Assembly (NCBI RefSeq): GCF_004010195.1
Contig: NC_057719.1
Coordinates: 45,209,971-45,236,180 of the forward strand
Direction: 5' to 3'
DNA length: 26,210 bases
Origin: Chiloscyllium plagiosum
Taxonomy: Eukaryota
Shown here: piece by piece, positions 1 through 11,280 of the stretch
Layout of the letters: each line of letters begins with the position of its first letter
Numbering within the stretch: the stretch's first letter is position 1
The notes under the pieces: model-generated
What the model was told of the DNA's origin: nothing
The model's database searches: none
Seen by the model: only the letters and a program-made list of their open reading frames with translations
Made by a program: the position numbers and the translations under genes

Positions 1-282
1 ATCACGATTGTTTAGTTGTTTGAAGCTGACTGTTAAATACTTCTGAAATAAGTGCAGTTACTTCTAGATGATGAGAAAGAAATTGAAACATTTTGCCAGC
101 CTTTCGGAAAAGAATTCAGCCAGTCCTCAGGTTGTGAATGGGTTCCGTTCTGGAATCTGCTCACAAGTCGATTTGTATGCAAGTTGGAATGACTCGCAGG
201 ATAGAGTAAAGCAGCTATTCGTAAGTACAGGAAATGTTTGTATGGTGCTGTATCACCTTCTGTTAAATCATCTCTGAAGTAT

Positions 283-288
283 TTTATT
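283..288 (-). promoter_or_regulatory. Candidate polyadenylation signal AATAAA in the NID2 3'UTR
   Basis: TTTATT on the + strand, about 350 nt past the stop codon. Motif match only. Confidence 0.3.
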
Positions 289-639
289 CCATAGTTTGTG
301 CTTTTTCTTCACTGCATCATATACTTGATATGTGTCCATCACACAACTATTTATGCTTGTGTTCTTTAAATTTCAGAATAAGCGACCAGGTATTGACCAT
401 GTATTCATACCAGTCACTGAGTCCACTAAAAACAAAAAGGCAGCACAGTAGTGTGTTCTTGAAAATCATGAGGTATGGAAGCTCTCTCAAAAAAAAATAT
501 AGTTACCATGTAACATTTTCAGTTCCCTACTAACAATGGGAGGAAAAGTACAGACCAATCCATGCAGCATTGTGCTCCAATAGAGCTCTTCCTCCAGATG
601 TAGTATGCTGAAATACAGTTGTCATTACCAGCACAATCA

Positions 640-650
640 TTATTTGCTTC
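640..650 (-). CDS. NID2: Nidogen-2 terminal coding exon (G-S-K-stop); the 3'UTR runs toward position 1
   Basis: Polypyrimidine tract and acceptor cttttttcctctcctggcag|GA AGC AAA TAA. The phase matches the preceding exon and parallels the ...GRK* end of mammalian NID2. Confidence 0.75.
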
Positions 651-819
651 CTGCCAGGAGAGGAAAAAAGGTAGATTAAATGATACTGTGCAAGTATTCC
701 TCATGGCGATATTAAAACAAAAAGCTGACTTGTTGAATTTAATTTGTAGCTGTTGATGCTAGTTTAGTTTTTATTAACTAGCAAAGTACTATTCTTAGTT
801 ATCAAATTTATCCTGGTAA

Positions 820-935
820 ATAAAAATTGAAAGAATCGCAGATGCTATCATTTCTGAGGAAGGGTCATGGGACCCGAAATATTAACTGATTTCTTTTCAC
901 TGATGCTAGCTTTTCTGGCAGCTTCTGTTTTTATT
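820..935 (+). mobile_element. Short Penelope-like terminal fragment with hammerhead-like core
   Basis: CTGAGGA-A-GGGTC-ATGG-GACCC-GAAA-TATT at 854-883, followed by a degenerate tail. Confidence 0.6.
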
Positions 936-1834
936 CATCCTGCTAAAGAAGGGCAAGAATTTAGTTATTCCACATTTCTTTTACTTAAGAATTCTACAAA
1001 TGAGAATAGAGAAATCCATTGTGAAGTCATTGAAAAGTGACCACAGCTTGAACATAGATGCGAAATGAAATGAAATTAGATGGGTATAAGTTCAGGATAC
1101 AAAGGGAATTGAATGATTATTTAAAAAGGATATTGCGCAAGGGAATGAGTAAATGGCAGGGCAATAGCACAATGTCCTGAATGGCCTCTTACTATGCTGT
1201 AACACTTGTGTGCTTCAGAACATTAAGGACTGACTCAACAAAGTATTTTTGTCTTATAGGAATGTACTTTTTCCTTTGAAAAGCAAACACTATTTCTTGA
1301 AGTACTGGTCTTGCACATGTATTTTTCACTTTCCACTGTAACAAATTCCCCATCACACATTTTATAATTAACCTTAAAATACATCTTTTTCAAACTTAAT
1401 GGAACATTCTATCATGCTAACAATCACTATTTCCTAAAGATTCTTTTACACACTTATTAATTAGTCCTCTCATTGCAATTGCATTAATGTTTACATAAAA
1501 ATAGATCTAAAACAGCCAGCGCTCTAGTTGATTTCTTAACATATTGTCCCAGAAAACAGTCTCCTACGTTCAAAGAATTTTTCCTCCATATCATTGACAC
1601 TCTGTACTTTTACCCAATCTAGAAGTAGTTAAGTGTCTCATTATTATTGCATTCCCCTTACTTATATGCATGTCTAATTCTCTGAGTTAGATCATGCTCT
1701 ACATTACCACATTGGTTAGTGTACCACTGCCATTAATGGTTAGTGGGCTATAAACCACTCAATGTTTGCTGCTAAAAGGTACGTTCCAAAAATGAAAAAC
1801 ATTTCAGCTTCCATTTGTGCAGTTGGTTGAAGTA

Positions 1835-2020
1835 TAATGGTTGGGACACAAGAACTCCCTCCCTGCTCCTTTAATTCCATGAAATATTTTAGATCTCTGA
1901 GCACAGAAGCTTGTGTTCAATCCTCATTCTGCAATAAGTATTCCTTCTGTACTGCTTATGTGTGTCAAGCCAATATTGTGTCGTCTTAGAACCCTGTGGT
2001 TTGAACCCATAACCTAATGT
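1835..2020 (-). mobile_element. Degenerate DeuSINE (SacSINE1-like) fragment
   Basis: The reverse complement shows ggttatgggttcaaacc (B-box-like) and agcagggagggagttcttgtgtcc, resembling the copies at about 9100 and 17100. Confidence 0.4.
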
Positions 2021-2282
2021 ACTCCATCAACTTAGGTCATCAAGACCCAGCTTTGCAAACTTTGCTTCGAAACTTCTTGCACAAACTACACGCAAGTTCT
2101 TATTCAGATAGTGCTGTTTGCGAGCAAAAATAAGAGAGCCCTTAAATACATTAAAGTTTTACTTTCTTTAATTTTAAAATTCTTCGATCTTAAGTATGAG
2201 AGGCTGGAGTAAATCAAATAATGTTAATACTTGATCTACACCAGCAAACTTTTAAACAAGCAATAGAAAGAGGCTGCAACCT

Positions 2283-2340
2283 TTTAAGGCACCTTTGGGT
2301 AATAGGAATTGTTTAAGGCACCTTTGGGTAATAGGAATTG
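2283..2340. repeat. Perfect tandem duplication, 29 bp x2
   Basis: tttaaggcacctttgggtaataggaattg occurs twice in a row. Confidence 0.95.
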
Positions 2341-2436
2341 CTTTTCGGGAGGGAGTAATATCACAAAGTATACATTTCTTTTCAATTTAGAATTGCTATT
2401 CCCTAGCAAGAACTTTCCAATTTTATATCCTCTTAC

Positions 2437-2549
2437 CATGCAGACAACGAGGGTAGGCCACAGTTATTCCGTACAGATGTGATCTTTGATCAGGTAGGTA
2501 CTCATCAGTAATTTGGTTACTATCTTTAGATACAACTATAATTCCATCT
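2437..2549 (-). CDS. NID2: Nidogen-2 penultimate exon, end of G3 (113 nt)
   Basis: Boundaries ttccag|A GAT...CAT G|gtaag. Encodes [37 protein letters not shown]. No C-terminal EGF module follows, which fits NID2 rather than NID1. Confidence 0.93.
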
Positions 2550-3691
2550 CTGGAAAAAAAAGCAATTGAATCATTCAGAAATGCTGATTCTATGTTTGGA
2601 GCAACTAGAAAGAAAAAAGTAAAATAGTGGATAGAAGGAGTGATCTTCAGACATTGATCTAATTACGGGCTTCCAATAAATTATAAACGTTAATCTTTGC
2701 TCTGGTGAATCCCTCAATTACATTTTTTTTGAAGTTGTTCTGATATTTGTTATGTATAACATTCCCTGTTTGTATTTGTTTTATTTTAGTCCTTAAAAAG
2801 ACTGCCATGTCTTGTTCCCATCTGCCCACCAGTGGGAGCAATCTTTCATTGTTTACCTACAGTAGGATGCCTAGGTTGCTCTTGGTGTTGGCAGCTCCAC
2901 TCCCCATTATTACATTGCTCTCGCTTTAGGCTTCCCCAAAATCTACTCTCTCCCATACCCATTTCTATTCAATATCTCTGCCCTGCAGTATCCTGGGTGC
3001 TCTCCTAACAGCCCTCCATTTTTACAGTCTGTAACTCCTGAATCACCTCTGTGTCCCCATGCATTATTGTGTGTTGGTTTAGGGAGTACCGTTGTAATAC
3101 TCTCTCAGGCAGTTCTCCAGCACTGGAAGCAGGAGCTGGAGATTTATGTCCTATTTTGAGGCATGATAACATGAAACTGACAGTCCCGGCAGTGATACAG
3201 CAAGAAGGAACACAGGCTACCACATAAGTTGTCCAGGGCTTTTAGGGTGGAGGGGAAATCTGAGACTTCAGGCAGAGGACAGTGAGGGGATGGGGGTGAC
3301 ATCTCGGGAGGCACCCCGATGCATAAAAAGTATTCTTTAAATGAGGGACAGCCCTTCCTTCAAGCCTTTTCCCACTTGGGGTACAAAAAAATGGTTTCCA
3401 ACTTGCAACTAGCTGCCTATGTCAATATGGTCTGGGTAGTGTATTTTCTTAAATCAATAAGCTTGCTAAAACAATCTGTTGACCTTTGATTATTTAACTG
3501 AATATGGCAGGCAGGCTGCCACTTTTGATATCTTGTTAACTCTAATGTATTATGGGAACAGGTCAGCTATAGGTGGGAAGGTAGTAGGCTAGCCATCTGA
3601 CATACTGTTCTTTATTATTCCCCATACCCAGTGGGGCTGCAAAATGTAGGCCATAGTTACACTTAATAGTTCCATTAAACTTTGCTCCTAC

Positions 3692-3815
3692 CTTCTCCAA
3701 TCTGTGTAGTAGAAGTGATTTGCATAAGCAACAATACTAAAGGGATAGTTTAGACCACGTTGCACCACCTGTCTTCTTGTACCATCGGAAAACACACACT
3801 CCAGATCTTTGGTTC
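3692..3815 (-). CDS. NID2: Nidogen-2 exon, G3 (124 nt)
   Basis: Boundaries gaaag|GA ACC...AGA AG|gtagg. Encodes [42 protein letters not shown]. Confidence 0.93.
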
Positions 3816-3970
3816 CTTTCATCAATGAAAGCAAGAAGAAAGGTTGTTAGTATTCAACTGCAAATTTCAAAAGTGTATGCTCTTAATTTTTTTTTGCTTT
3901 AATGCCAACTAACTTGATCTTTTAAAATGTTTCCTTGAATAATAAAGTATATTAAGCCTGTGAAACATAC

Positions 3971-4128
3971 CAGCATCAGCCCAACATAGTTGTGAGGAAA
4001 AAGGGTCAAATGTCAATCCATTTGGCAATCCAATGTCATTTGTAACTAATACCCTTCTGTTAGTTCCATCTACACGAGAAGTCTCAATTTTAGGAGCTTC
4101 ACGATTCCAGTCTGTCCAGTAAAGGTTG
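3971..4128 (-). CDS. NID2: Nidogen-2 exon, G3 YWTD beta-propeller (158 nt)
   Basis: Boundaries ttcag|C AAC...GCT G|gtatg. Encodes [52 protein letters not shown]. Confidence 0.95.
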
Positions 4129-4632
4129 CTGAAGGGAAAGCAGAAGAGCAAGATAATTAATATAAACAAGGCTGTGTATTTAATTGAAAGACAGTGGGAG
4201 CCTATCATATTCCATTTACAAAATAGCCTCAACTAGGACAATGTCAAATATCTTAAAAGGAAACTGTTGATAGTCCCAGATTTTTAAAAATTCTCTGAAA
4301 TTTGCTACGAGTCAAGTAATATGCACATTCAATTTTCTGCTACGTAAATTTTCTCCATTCTATAAACAGTGGAAGCATTTTAGATCTACAGTATATTGTG
4401 CCAACATCTGGGCAACATGTTGCCATAACACCTAATTCAGATGGTTGTCAGATGTTAGCATTTTGGAAAAACCCTGTTGTTTGGTTTACGACTTGCAAAA
4501 GCTATAATCATGTTGTCTACAAGGGCTATGTATGTTTAATTGGTAAGAAAGCATGTCAGATATTTTTTTAAAAAAATCATGTTCTGGAAAATTCTGAAGT
4601 TGTAAAACTTCATACCTTTATATGAAACCTAC

Positions 4633-4804
4633 CCATTAAGAGAGTCCACTGCAATTGCTCTGGGATTTACCAGATCAGTATCAACAAGAACTCTTCGTTC
4701 AGATCCATCCAATTTAGCAACTTCTATCTTATCCAATCCACTGTCAGTCCAAAACATGTTTCTGTGGAGGTAGTCTATGGTTAGTCCTTCAGGACTAATC
4801 AGGT
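4633..4804 (-). CDS. NID2: Nidogen-2 exon, G3 YWTD beta-propeller (172 nt)
   Basis: Boundaries tttag|AC...GG|gtagg. Encodes [58 protein letters not shown]. Confidence 0.95.
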
Positions 4805-5552
4805 CTAAAGTTGGAGCAGAAACACAAAAGTGGTGATACAGATGATTCAGCATCCATCTGATAATTTTCAACAACAATTGGGCTGGATTTTATACTGTTA
4901 GGGTTTTTTTTTGTCCTCACCTTAAATGTTAGTGGTGGATTCTCTCACACTCTGGCATATTACACTGTAGCCATTTAATGTTCATTGGGCACTAACTGCT
5001 TGAGGTGAGGCTTTTACCACTTGTCTTATTGGGAGAGTGGGGGTGGAATATCCCAAGAGCTGCCGGTCAATCTGATGGTCAACAATTCTCACAAAAACAG
5101 CAAAACAAAAAAACACTTAGTTCCTAACAGAGATCACTGCTGGACTGGATGGAGAGGAAAATGTGCATGGTGACAGGAAGGAACAGATGAATGTGGTGAT
5201 ATTTTTGTTAGAATAGGAGGTATTGTGAAGACTTTGGTGTTGAGAGGGGGTTTCCCTGGGCCTGGGGAACACTAAAAGAGGTAACCAGTCTCTACCAACC
5301 ACCAGCTGGTATAGTGAAAGTTACTAGGCTTTCTCCTCGATGCTAGTCTCTGCTGGAAATGGATGAAATTGTCATGAGGGTGGGAAGAGGCCATTGTGAC
5401 AAATTAAAGGCCTCAAAAATGCTTGTTAACATTATTTGTCTGTTCAAAATTACATCATAATTATAAAATTTTAAGTATACATCATATAACTTTTCATAAT
5501 ATTTGCCTTGTAAAGACCTAATAAATTTTCGGACCTCTAATAAAGAACTCAC

Positions 5553-5682
5553 CTGAGTTAATAACTGTTTCTGGCTCAGCACCTGGTTCCAAACTAGCGC
5601 GATTAATAGTTCGGCCAGAAACATCAGTCCAGTAAACCATCTTATCCCTGCAGTCGTAATCAATACCAATAACAATTGAACC
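5553..5682 (-). CDS. NID2: Nidogen-2 exon, G3 YWTD beta-propeller (130 nt)
   Basis: Boundaries ttaag|GGT...TCA G|gtgag. Encodes [43 protein letters not shown]. Confidence 0.95.
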
Positions 5683-6114
5683 CTTAATGAAAAATAAACC
5701 AAAGAAGAGTTAATTGTCTGATAAACAACCATTTGGAAAACTGAAAACAGCAATGAATCAATTTTGGAAAACCTTATAAATCTGTATAACAATTGGAGAA
5801 ACTCAAACATGAATGTAAGTTTACACATATTACCTTATTGGAAAGACTCCACAATTTACATAGTTGTGTTGTGGGTGTTAAATGTTTAGTTTTTACAAGT
5901 ATGAAGTTAACTACTTCTGTTATTCATTAATTAGTGCAAAATAGCTGATGCAAAAACATTACGTGACTATTCAAGGAAAGAAAAACTCAAAGTAGCAATA
6001 AAGGAAACAATAAATTACTCATTTTAAAAAAAACATAAGTTGCAGCATAACTTGAGTTACTTTATAATGTTCTAAATTGATTTACAGAATATGACATTGT
6101 CAATTGCAAGATTT

Positions 6115-7030
6115 GTAGCTCAGGTTGAGGTTTAGCGTGTGGGTTTGCTAGCTGAGCTGTAGGTTTGATATCCAGGCTAGGTAACATCATAAGCGGTGAC
6201 CTCCAAGTGAAGAGAAGCTGTTGTCTCCTGCTTTCTATTTATATTGTAGACGACGTTGGTTTTGTCCATGGGTTGTACTGGGGTCTTTAAGTTTGTTAGT
6301 TTTTGTTTGAGTGTGTTGGTGGGTTTGTGTGCTACTAGGATTCCGAGGGTCTTCGTAGTCTGGCTGTCATTTCTGAAACTTCTTTGATGTATGGTTAAGG
6401 TGGTTAGGGTTTCTGGCTGTGTTTGGTCCATTTCAGAAATGACAGCCAGATTACTAAGACCCCTCAGTATCCTAGTAGCACACAAACCCACCAACACACT
6501 CAAACAAAAACTAACAAACTTAAAAGACCCAGTACAACCCATGGACAAAACCAACGTCGTCTACAAAATTCCATGCAAGGACTGCCACACACACCTACGT
6601 AGGACAAACAGGAAGAAAGTTAGCCACCAGGATACATGAACACCAGCTAGCCACAAAAAGACACAACTCTCTCTCCCTCGTAGCCCTACACACGGAGGGA
6701 AAAAAACCCCACCATTTCGACTGGGACAACACATCTATCCTGGGACAGGTGAAGTAAAGACATGCCAGAGAATTCCTAGAGGCCTGGCACTCCAACCACC
6801 ACACCATAAACAAACACATAGATGGTATCTAGATCTACCAACCCCTCAGAAAACGAACAGGAAATTACATCACCACAAACCCCAGGAACCCCATCGAGGA
6901 CAAACCTATAAATAGAAAGCAGGAGATAACAGCTTTGCTTCACTTGGAGGTCGCCACTGATGATATTACCTAGCCAGGTAATGAAACGTCTGGATATCAA
7001 ACCTGCAGCTCAGCGAGCAAACCCACACAC
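6115..7030. mobile_element. Penelope-like retroelement (GIY-YIG endonuclease), inverted two-arm structure
   Basis: The plus arm encodes (frameshifted) SEMTARLLRPLSILVAHKPTNTLKQ..KTNVVYKIPCKDC..YVGQTGRKLATRIHEHQLATKRH. 6244-6378 is the inverse of about 6432-6566, and about 6138-6243 is the inverse of about 6908-7029. Confidence 0.88.
6954..6993 (+). ncRNA. Minimal type I hammerhead ribozyme motif
   Basis: CCA-CTGATGA-T-ATTACCT-AGCC-AGGTAAT-GAAA-CGTC-TGG: full core, 7-bp stem II, ACGT palindrome, GUC site and 3-bp stem I. Confidence 0.75.
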
Positions 7031-7154
7031 ATTATTATCAATTATTTATTCCAATTTGGTCATGATTTCCAAAATATTAAAATGTGACTGTGCTTGAATA
7101 GACAAAAGAACTGGCAGCTTGTTACATAACATAGATGTGCAGTAAATAACAACT

Positions 7155-7207
7155 CGGGTTGGAACGAAGGGTCTGTTTCCATGCTGTACATCTCTATGAC
7201 TCTATGA
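7155..7207 (+). mobile_element. Extreme 3' tail of a CR1/HER1-type LINE
   Basis: gaagggtctgtttccatgctgtacatctctatgactctatga: a CR1-type 3' end with a short tandem tail, related to the HE1 SINE tail. Confidence 0.6.
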
Positions 7208-7330
7208 TAACTTCATTTCTGTGTTTCTATAATGTCTTGCTAATAAGCAGCGAGATTAATTTACTTCGGAAAGGTGATGACCATTCCCTATATTCCTTAG
7301 TTACCTTATATGTCTGGACAAAGCACACAG

Positions 7331-7483
7331 AAAAGCACAGCAGGTCAGGAAGTATCCAAGGAGCAGGAGAATCGACATTTCAGGCATAAGCCCTTCATCA
7401 GGAATGAAGAGCTTATGCCTAAAATGTCGATTCTCCTGTTCCTTGGATGCTGCCTGACCTGCTGTGCTTTTCCAGCACCACAC
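7331..7483. mobile_element. Palindromic mini-element (Penelope terminal derivative) with a hammerhead core on the minus strand at 7374-7401
   Basis: About 65-bp inverted arms (aaaagcacagcaggtcagg.../...cctgacctgctgtgctttt). The minus strand reads CTGATGA-A-GGGC-TTAT-GCCT-GAAA-TGTC. Confidence 0.8.
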
Positions 7484-7798
7484 TTGATACAGTCCTCACT
7501 TTCTCCAAAGCATACAGAAGGCCTAAGTGAAACCAGAGCAAGTGTGAACTGATTTATAACTCAAAAATAATAACCCAAAAGGCAAAAAAAGAGGGCAACA
7601 GTCTGATTTATCAGTCACCTTATAAATGTAAGAATACTTGTTCCACTGGAACTTGTTTAAATTTGACGTACTGGGGGAGTTAGCAGAGATTCTAGTGGTG
7701 GGCAATGGATATATGATGAAGTTTAGTTGGAGTTCCCAGACATCCTTGACAAATTTCCCCTTTTAAAGGCCCAATATAACATGCCAGTTAAAATCACA

Positions 7799-7990
7799 AT
7801 GAGTTCTAGATGTAGGTTTGCTCGCTGAACTGCAAGGTTCGTTTTCAGATGTTTCATCACCATACTAGGTAACATTATCATGAGGCTCCAGATGAAGCCT
7901 CATCCAGAGACTCGCTGATGATGTTATCTAGTATGGTGATGAAATGTCTGAAAATGAAACTTCCAGCAAACCTACATCCAGAATCTCAAC
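7799..7990. mobile_element. Palindromic Penelope terminal fragment with a hammerhead core on the + strand at 7915-7948
   Basis: Inverted arms (gatgtaggtttgct.../...agcaaacctacatc), related to 6950-7029. Core reads TCG-CTGATGA-T-GTTATC-TAGTAT-GGTGAT-GAAA-TGTC-TGA. Confidence 0.78.
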
Positions 7991-8756
7991 CTAGACTACA
8001 AATCTTCCCAAAATAGCTATCAAAGTGAATCCATTTGAAGGTCCCAAACCTCTACTGAATTACAGTAATTAACTCTGATGCAGCAGTGTACCTTCTTTAG
8101 TGGCAGAATGATTCCAGTGATAAAAGTGTTTCTCTTTGCCTCAGCACACCTGATGCCCAGTTGAACCAGAGTCACAAGGCGTTACTTCGGTTGAACAGAC
8201 CAATGTGAGCAGATGCCCCCTGGGCTATCCCTGCAGCAACCAGTGGTCTGTCCTGGCAATTTTGGCTGTCTCCAAGATTGGGAACCAGGGCTTGGACCTT
8301 GCTTGTGATTGATTCACAGACCTCTGAACCATCAGTGTCAGCAGTGGCTCCATGAGGTAAAGTTAAGTGCTCTCAACAAATCAAAGCATGAAAGACAACA
8401 TTGTGTTCCAACCATGACTACTTGTCAAAAGTAATTAATCAGTAGGAAAACACCTGAGTTCATGAAAGGCACTTTAAAGGAAGGCTTGCATTTATAAACT
8501 TGACAGTAAACATCTGTTCAATCCTCCCACTGTACCTACTGTGCTATATTGCTACTGTTCCTCAATTTATCTCATTTGCATAGTGATATTAATGTTCCTG
8601 TGGTAATATTTGATTTATATGCATGGGTGCAATTTACTGATACTGGTCCATTTACACTTGCTAAAATATGAAAGTAACCTGATATTTTCCTTTCACAAAC
8701 ACTAACATTCTCTGCAGATATTCCAATGGAGAAGCTTATAAAAATAGATACTTTAC

Positions 8757-8926
8757 ATGAAGAGCTAACAGGCTCTTGGCTCCCTCTTTGTTTAGCTGAG
8801 TACCATTCAGGGGCAGGTACCCAATGTGCTGGCCCTGAGCATATAAAAGGAAGGTACCCGTGCGTGGTGCAGACACTACAGGAGCTGGAGAAGGCTGTGT
8901 AATGGGAGGTGCAACTGTTGGTATAC
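8757..8926 (-). CDS. NID2: Nidogen-2 exon, Pro-rich linker and start of G3 (170 nt)
   Basis: Boundaries gccag|GT ATA...CAT|gtaaag. Encodes [56 protein letters not shown]. Confidence 0.95.
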
Positions 8927-9094
8927 CTGGCAAATTCAACAGAAAACATTCATAAATCACTAGGATGAATTTCAGATCTCTATAAAACTATGATTACAAT
9001 GCTGTGCATCATTAATAGGCAACTAGAACAATTCCGATTAACTTTTACAATTTGTGACTTTATACTGTTGCTTTCTATAATGCTGCATGGTTCA

Positions 9095-9490
9095 ATCTTG
9101 GCTCAATTTGTAGTACGCATGCCTCTGAATCAAACAGTTATAGGTTCAGAAACCACAACACATTTGCTGATGATCCAGTGCTGGACTGAAGGTGAGGTGC
9201 TAAACTGTTTTGGATAAAGCGAAGTGGAATATTACCTTACTAATAGATACCATTAGTAGGGTACCATCAAGCAATTTTCGAACAAAGATAAAGGAGTTCT
9301 CCCTGGTCCCCTGTGCAATATGTGTCTCAACTAAAATTAATAAAGCAGATTTGCCTGCTTATTGCTATTTGTGGGATCTTGTGCACAATTTAACTGCTGC
9401 ATTTCAGTATCTTATCAACAACGATAGCAATTTTTAAAAAAAGTATTTTGATTCACTTCAATAATGAAAAGAGCTATACAAATATAATGA
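9095..9490 (+). mobile_element. Degenerate DeuSINE (SacSINE1-like)
   Basis: tRNA-like head, ggagttctccctggtcc, ttattgctatttgtgggatcttgtgcacaa and an ...aagagctatacaaat tail. Confidence 0.5.
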
Positions 9491-9653
9491 TAGCTTTACT
9501 TGCTAAAAGTTCCCCATACGATTTGAACTTCTCATTTTGGAAACTAGACATGAAGTATTTTTACCAACACCACTTTTCCATTATTCCTTTCCTCTACCTT
9601 AAAATGATCTTTAATTTTCACTTTACAAAGAAAGTCAAATTGAAAGTTCTCAC

Positions 9654-9875
9654 ATGCAGGTGGACTGCCGGGTTCAGTCCTAGTTCCTTGAATTTCCCGA
9701 CCATCTTTATCGACACACCAACAGTAACCACTGTTTCCATGGCATTGCAAAGGACTAAATTCCCCAAACTCATTACATTCGGGAATGTACTGATCATTAG
9801 CTGGTCTGCCACTGTAATGTTCCAGAAGACTCAGTCTCCACCGTTCGCACACAGTTGGTTGTCGCTGTGGGGGTT
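9654..9875 (-). CDS. NID2: Nidogen-2 exon, last TY domain before G3 (222 nt, phase 1-1)
   Basis: Boundaries tttcag|AA...GCA T|gtgag. Encodes [75 protein letters not shown], matching the vertebrate NID2 second TY domain (CERWR..LLEHY). Confidence 0.95.
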
Positions 9876-10719
9876 CTGAAATACATTAATACACTGTAGT
9901 TAGTGTAAAATCTTTTGTTGAATGAAACAATTGTTTGAATTCTTTATTGCAATCCAGTTTTATGAAGAGGATGCAAAGTAATCTATCCTAAAACAATAGA
10001 TTGGGAAAAAAAAGAGATTTAATCACAGACCTTAGTGGGGGATACTTAGATATCAGATATATGTTTAATTACATTTAGAAAAGGGGTAAAAGAAATGTAA
10101 CAATAGCTGGGTTCCAGGGATAAACAAATTTGAGCAAACCACAAGTTTAAAAACAGACCATTCACAACAGTTAAAGAATATATAACCAAACTGAGACATA
10201 AAAATTATAGAAGGAATGTAAAAACTAAAAAGAAAAAGCTGCGGTAAGGGCTTTGTAAGCACATATGAAGAGATACTGTAGTTAAAAAAGACGAGTTGGT
10301 GATAAAGGTTATTTTGTATTGAATCTGAGGAAATGACAGAGAAGGTAACTAAGTATTTCTCTGTCTTAGAGGTATGTGAAACAGGCTGTTTTGTGGGGGA
10401 GGATGTGGAATAATTACCACTAGACCAAAAAAAATTCAAAGAGAGACCGCACTTTAACATTTCTTAAGTTGGCTAAAAATAGAAAACCAATCAAGCCCAA
10501 ATGATATATATCACAAAATACGTACGGAAATTATAAAGGAGGTAGCAGAGGATCAACTATAATTTTCTAAAAACTATGAAAATTGTAACTGTGCCAAGAC
10601 ATGCAGTGTTCCAACTGTTAAATACTAGATGAGAAAAGAAATTTTAACAGATGAAGAATAATCTTCAAAATCTGAGATTAAATCATTGATTAGTTTCGAA
10701 AGGCATGGGTGACTCTGCA

Positions 10720-11280
10720 ATAATGATAGAGGACAGCTTTAAAAGACAGGCCGTCTCTGTGCCCAGCTTCAGTCTACAGCCAATTCGGTTAACTTCATGT
10801 GATGTCAATAAACAGCTGGAGGCAATCAATATTGCAAAGGTCCTGACAACTTTTGACAAAAGTACTGAAAATAGCATCACCCCTGTGGTCAGGTTTTACA
10901 GCTACAATGTTGGCATCTATCCACCAATAAGGAAACATTGCCATGGTATGTCTTTTACATAAGCAGAAAAAATCCAATCCGGCCAATTGCCACCCCATCA
11001 GGCTACTCTCGATCATCAGTAAAGTGATGGAAGGAGTCACCAACAGTGCAATCAAGCAGCATCTGCTCAGCAATAACCTGCTCAGTTACACTCAATTTGG
11101 GTTCTGCCATGGCTACTCAGCTCCTGATCTTTGTTCAAATGTGGACAAAATGATTGACTTAGAGGTAGGTTGAGCATGACTTCCCTTGATGTCAAAGTAG
11201 CAGTTTACCCAGTGTGGCATCAAAGAGCTCTATCAAACCCAAAGTGAATTAGGAAAAATCCCCCCACTGGTTGGAGTTAT
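10720..11280 (+). mobile_element. Non-LTR retrotransposon RT fragment (second LINE family)
   Basis: SNPANCHPIRLLSIISKVMEG..IKQHLLSNNLLS..QFGF.HG.SA corresponds to the YRPISLL / QFGF RT motifs; degenerate. Confidence 0.8.

Noticed and set aside
1000..1760. Old CR1-like remnants (similar ones at about 10280-10620 and 22105-22250)
   Set aside because: Too decayed to delimit with confidence.
2283..2340. CRISPR-like direct repeat
   Set aside because: There is no spacer, only two units, and the context is a vertebrate intron.
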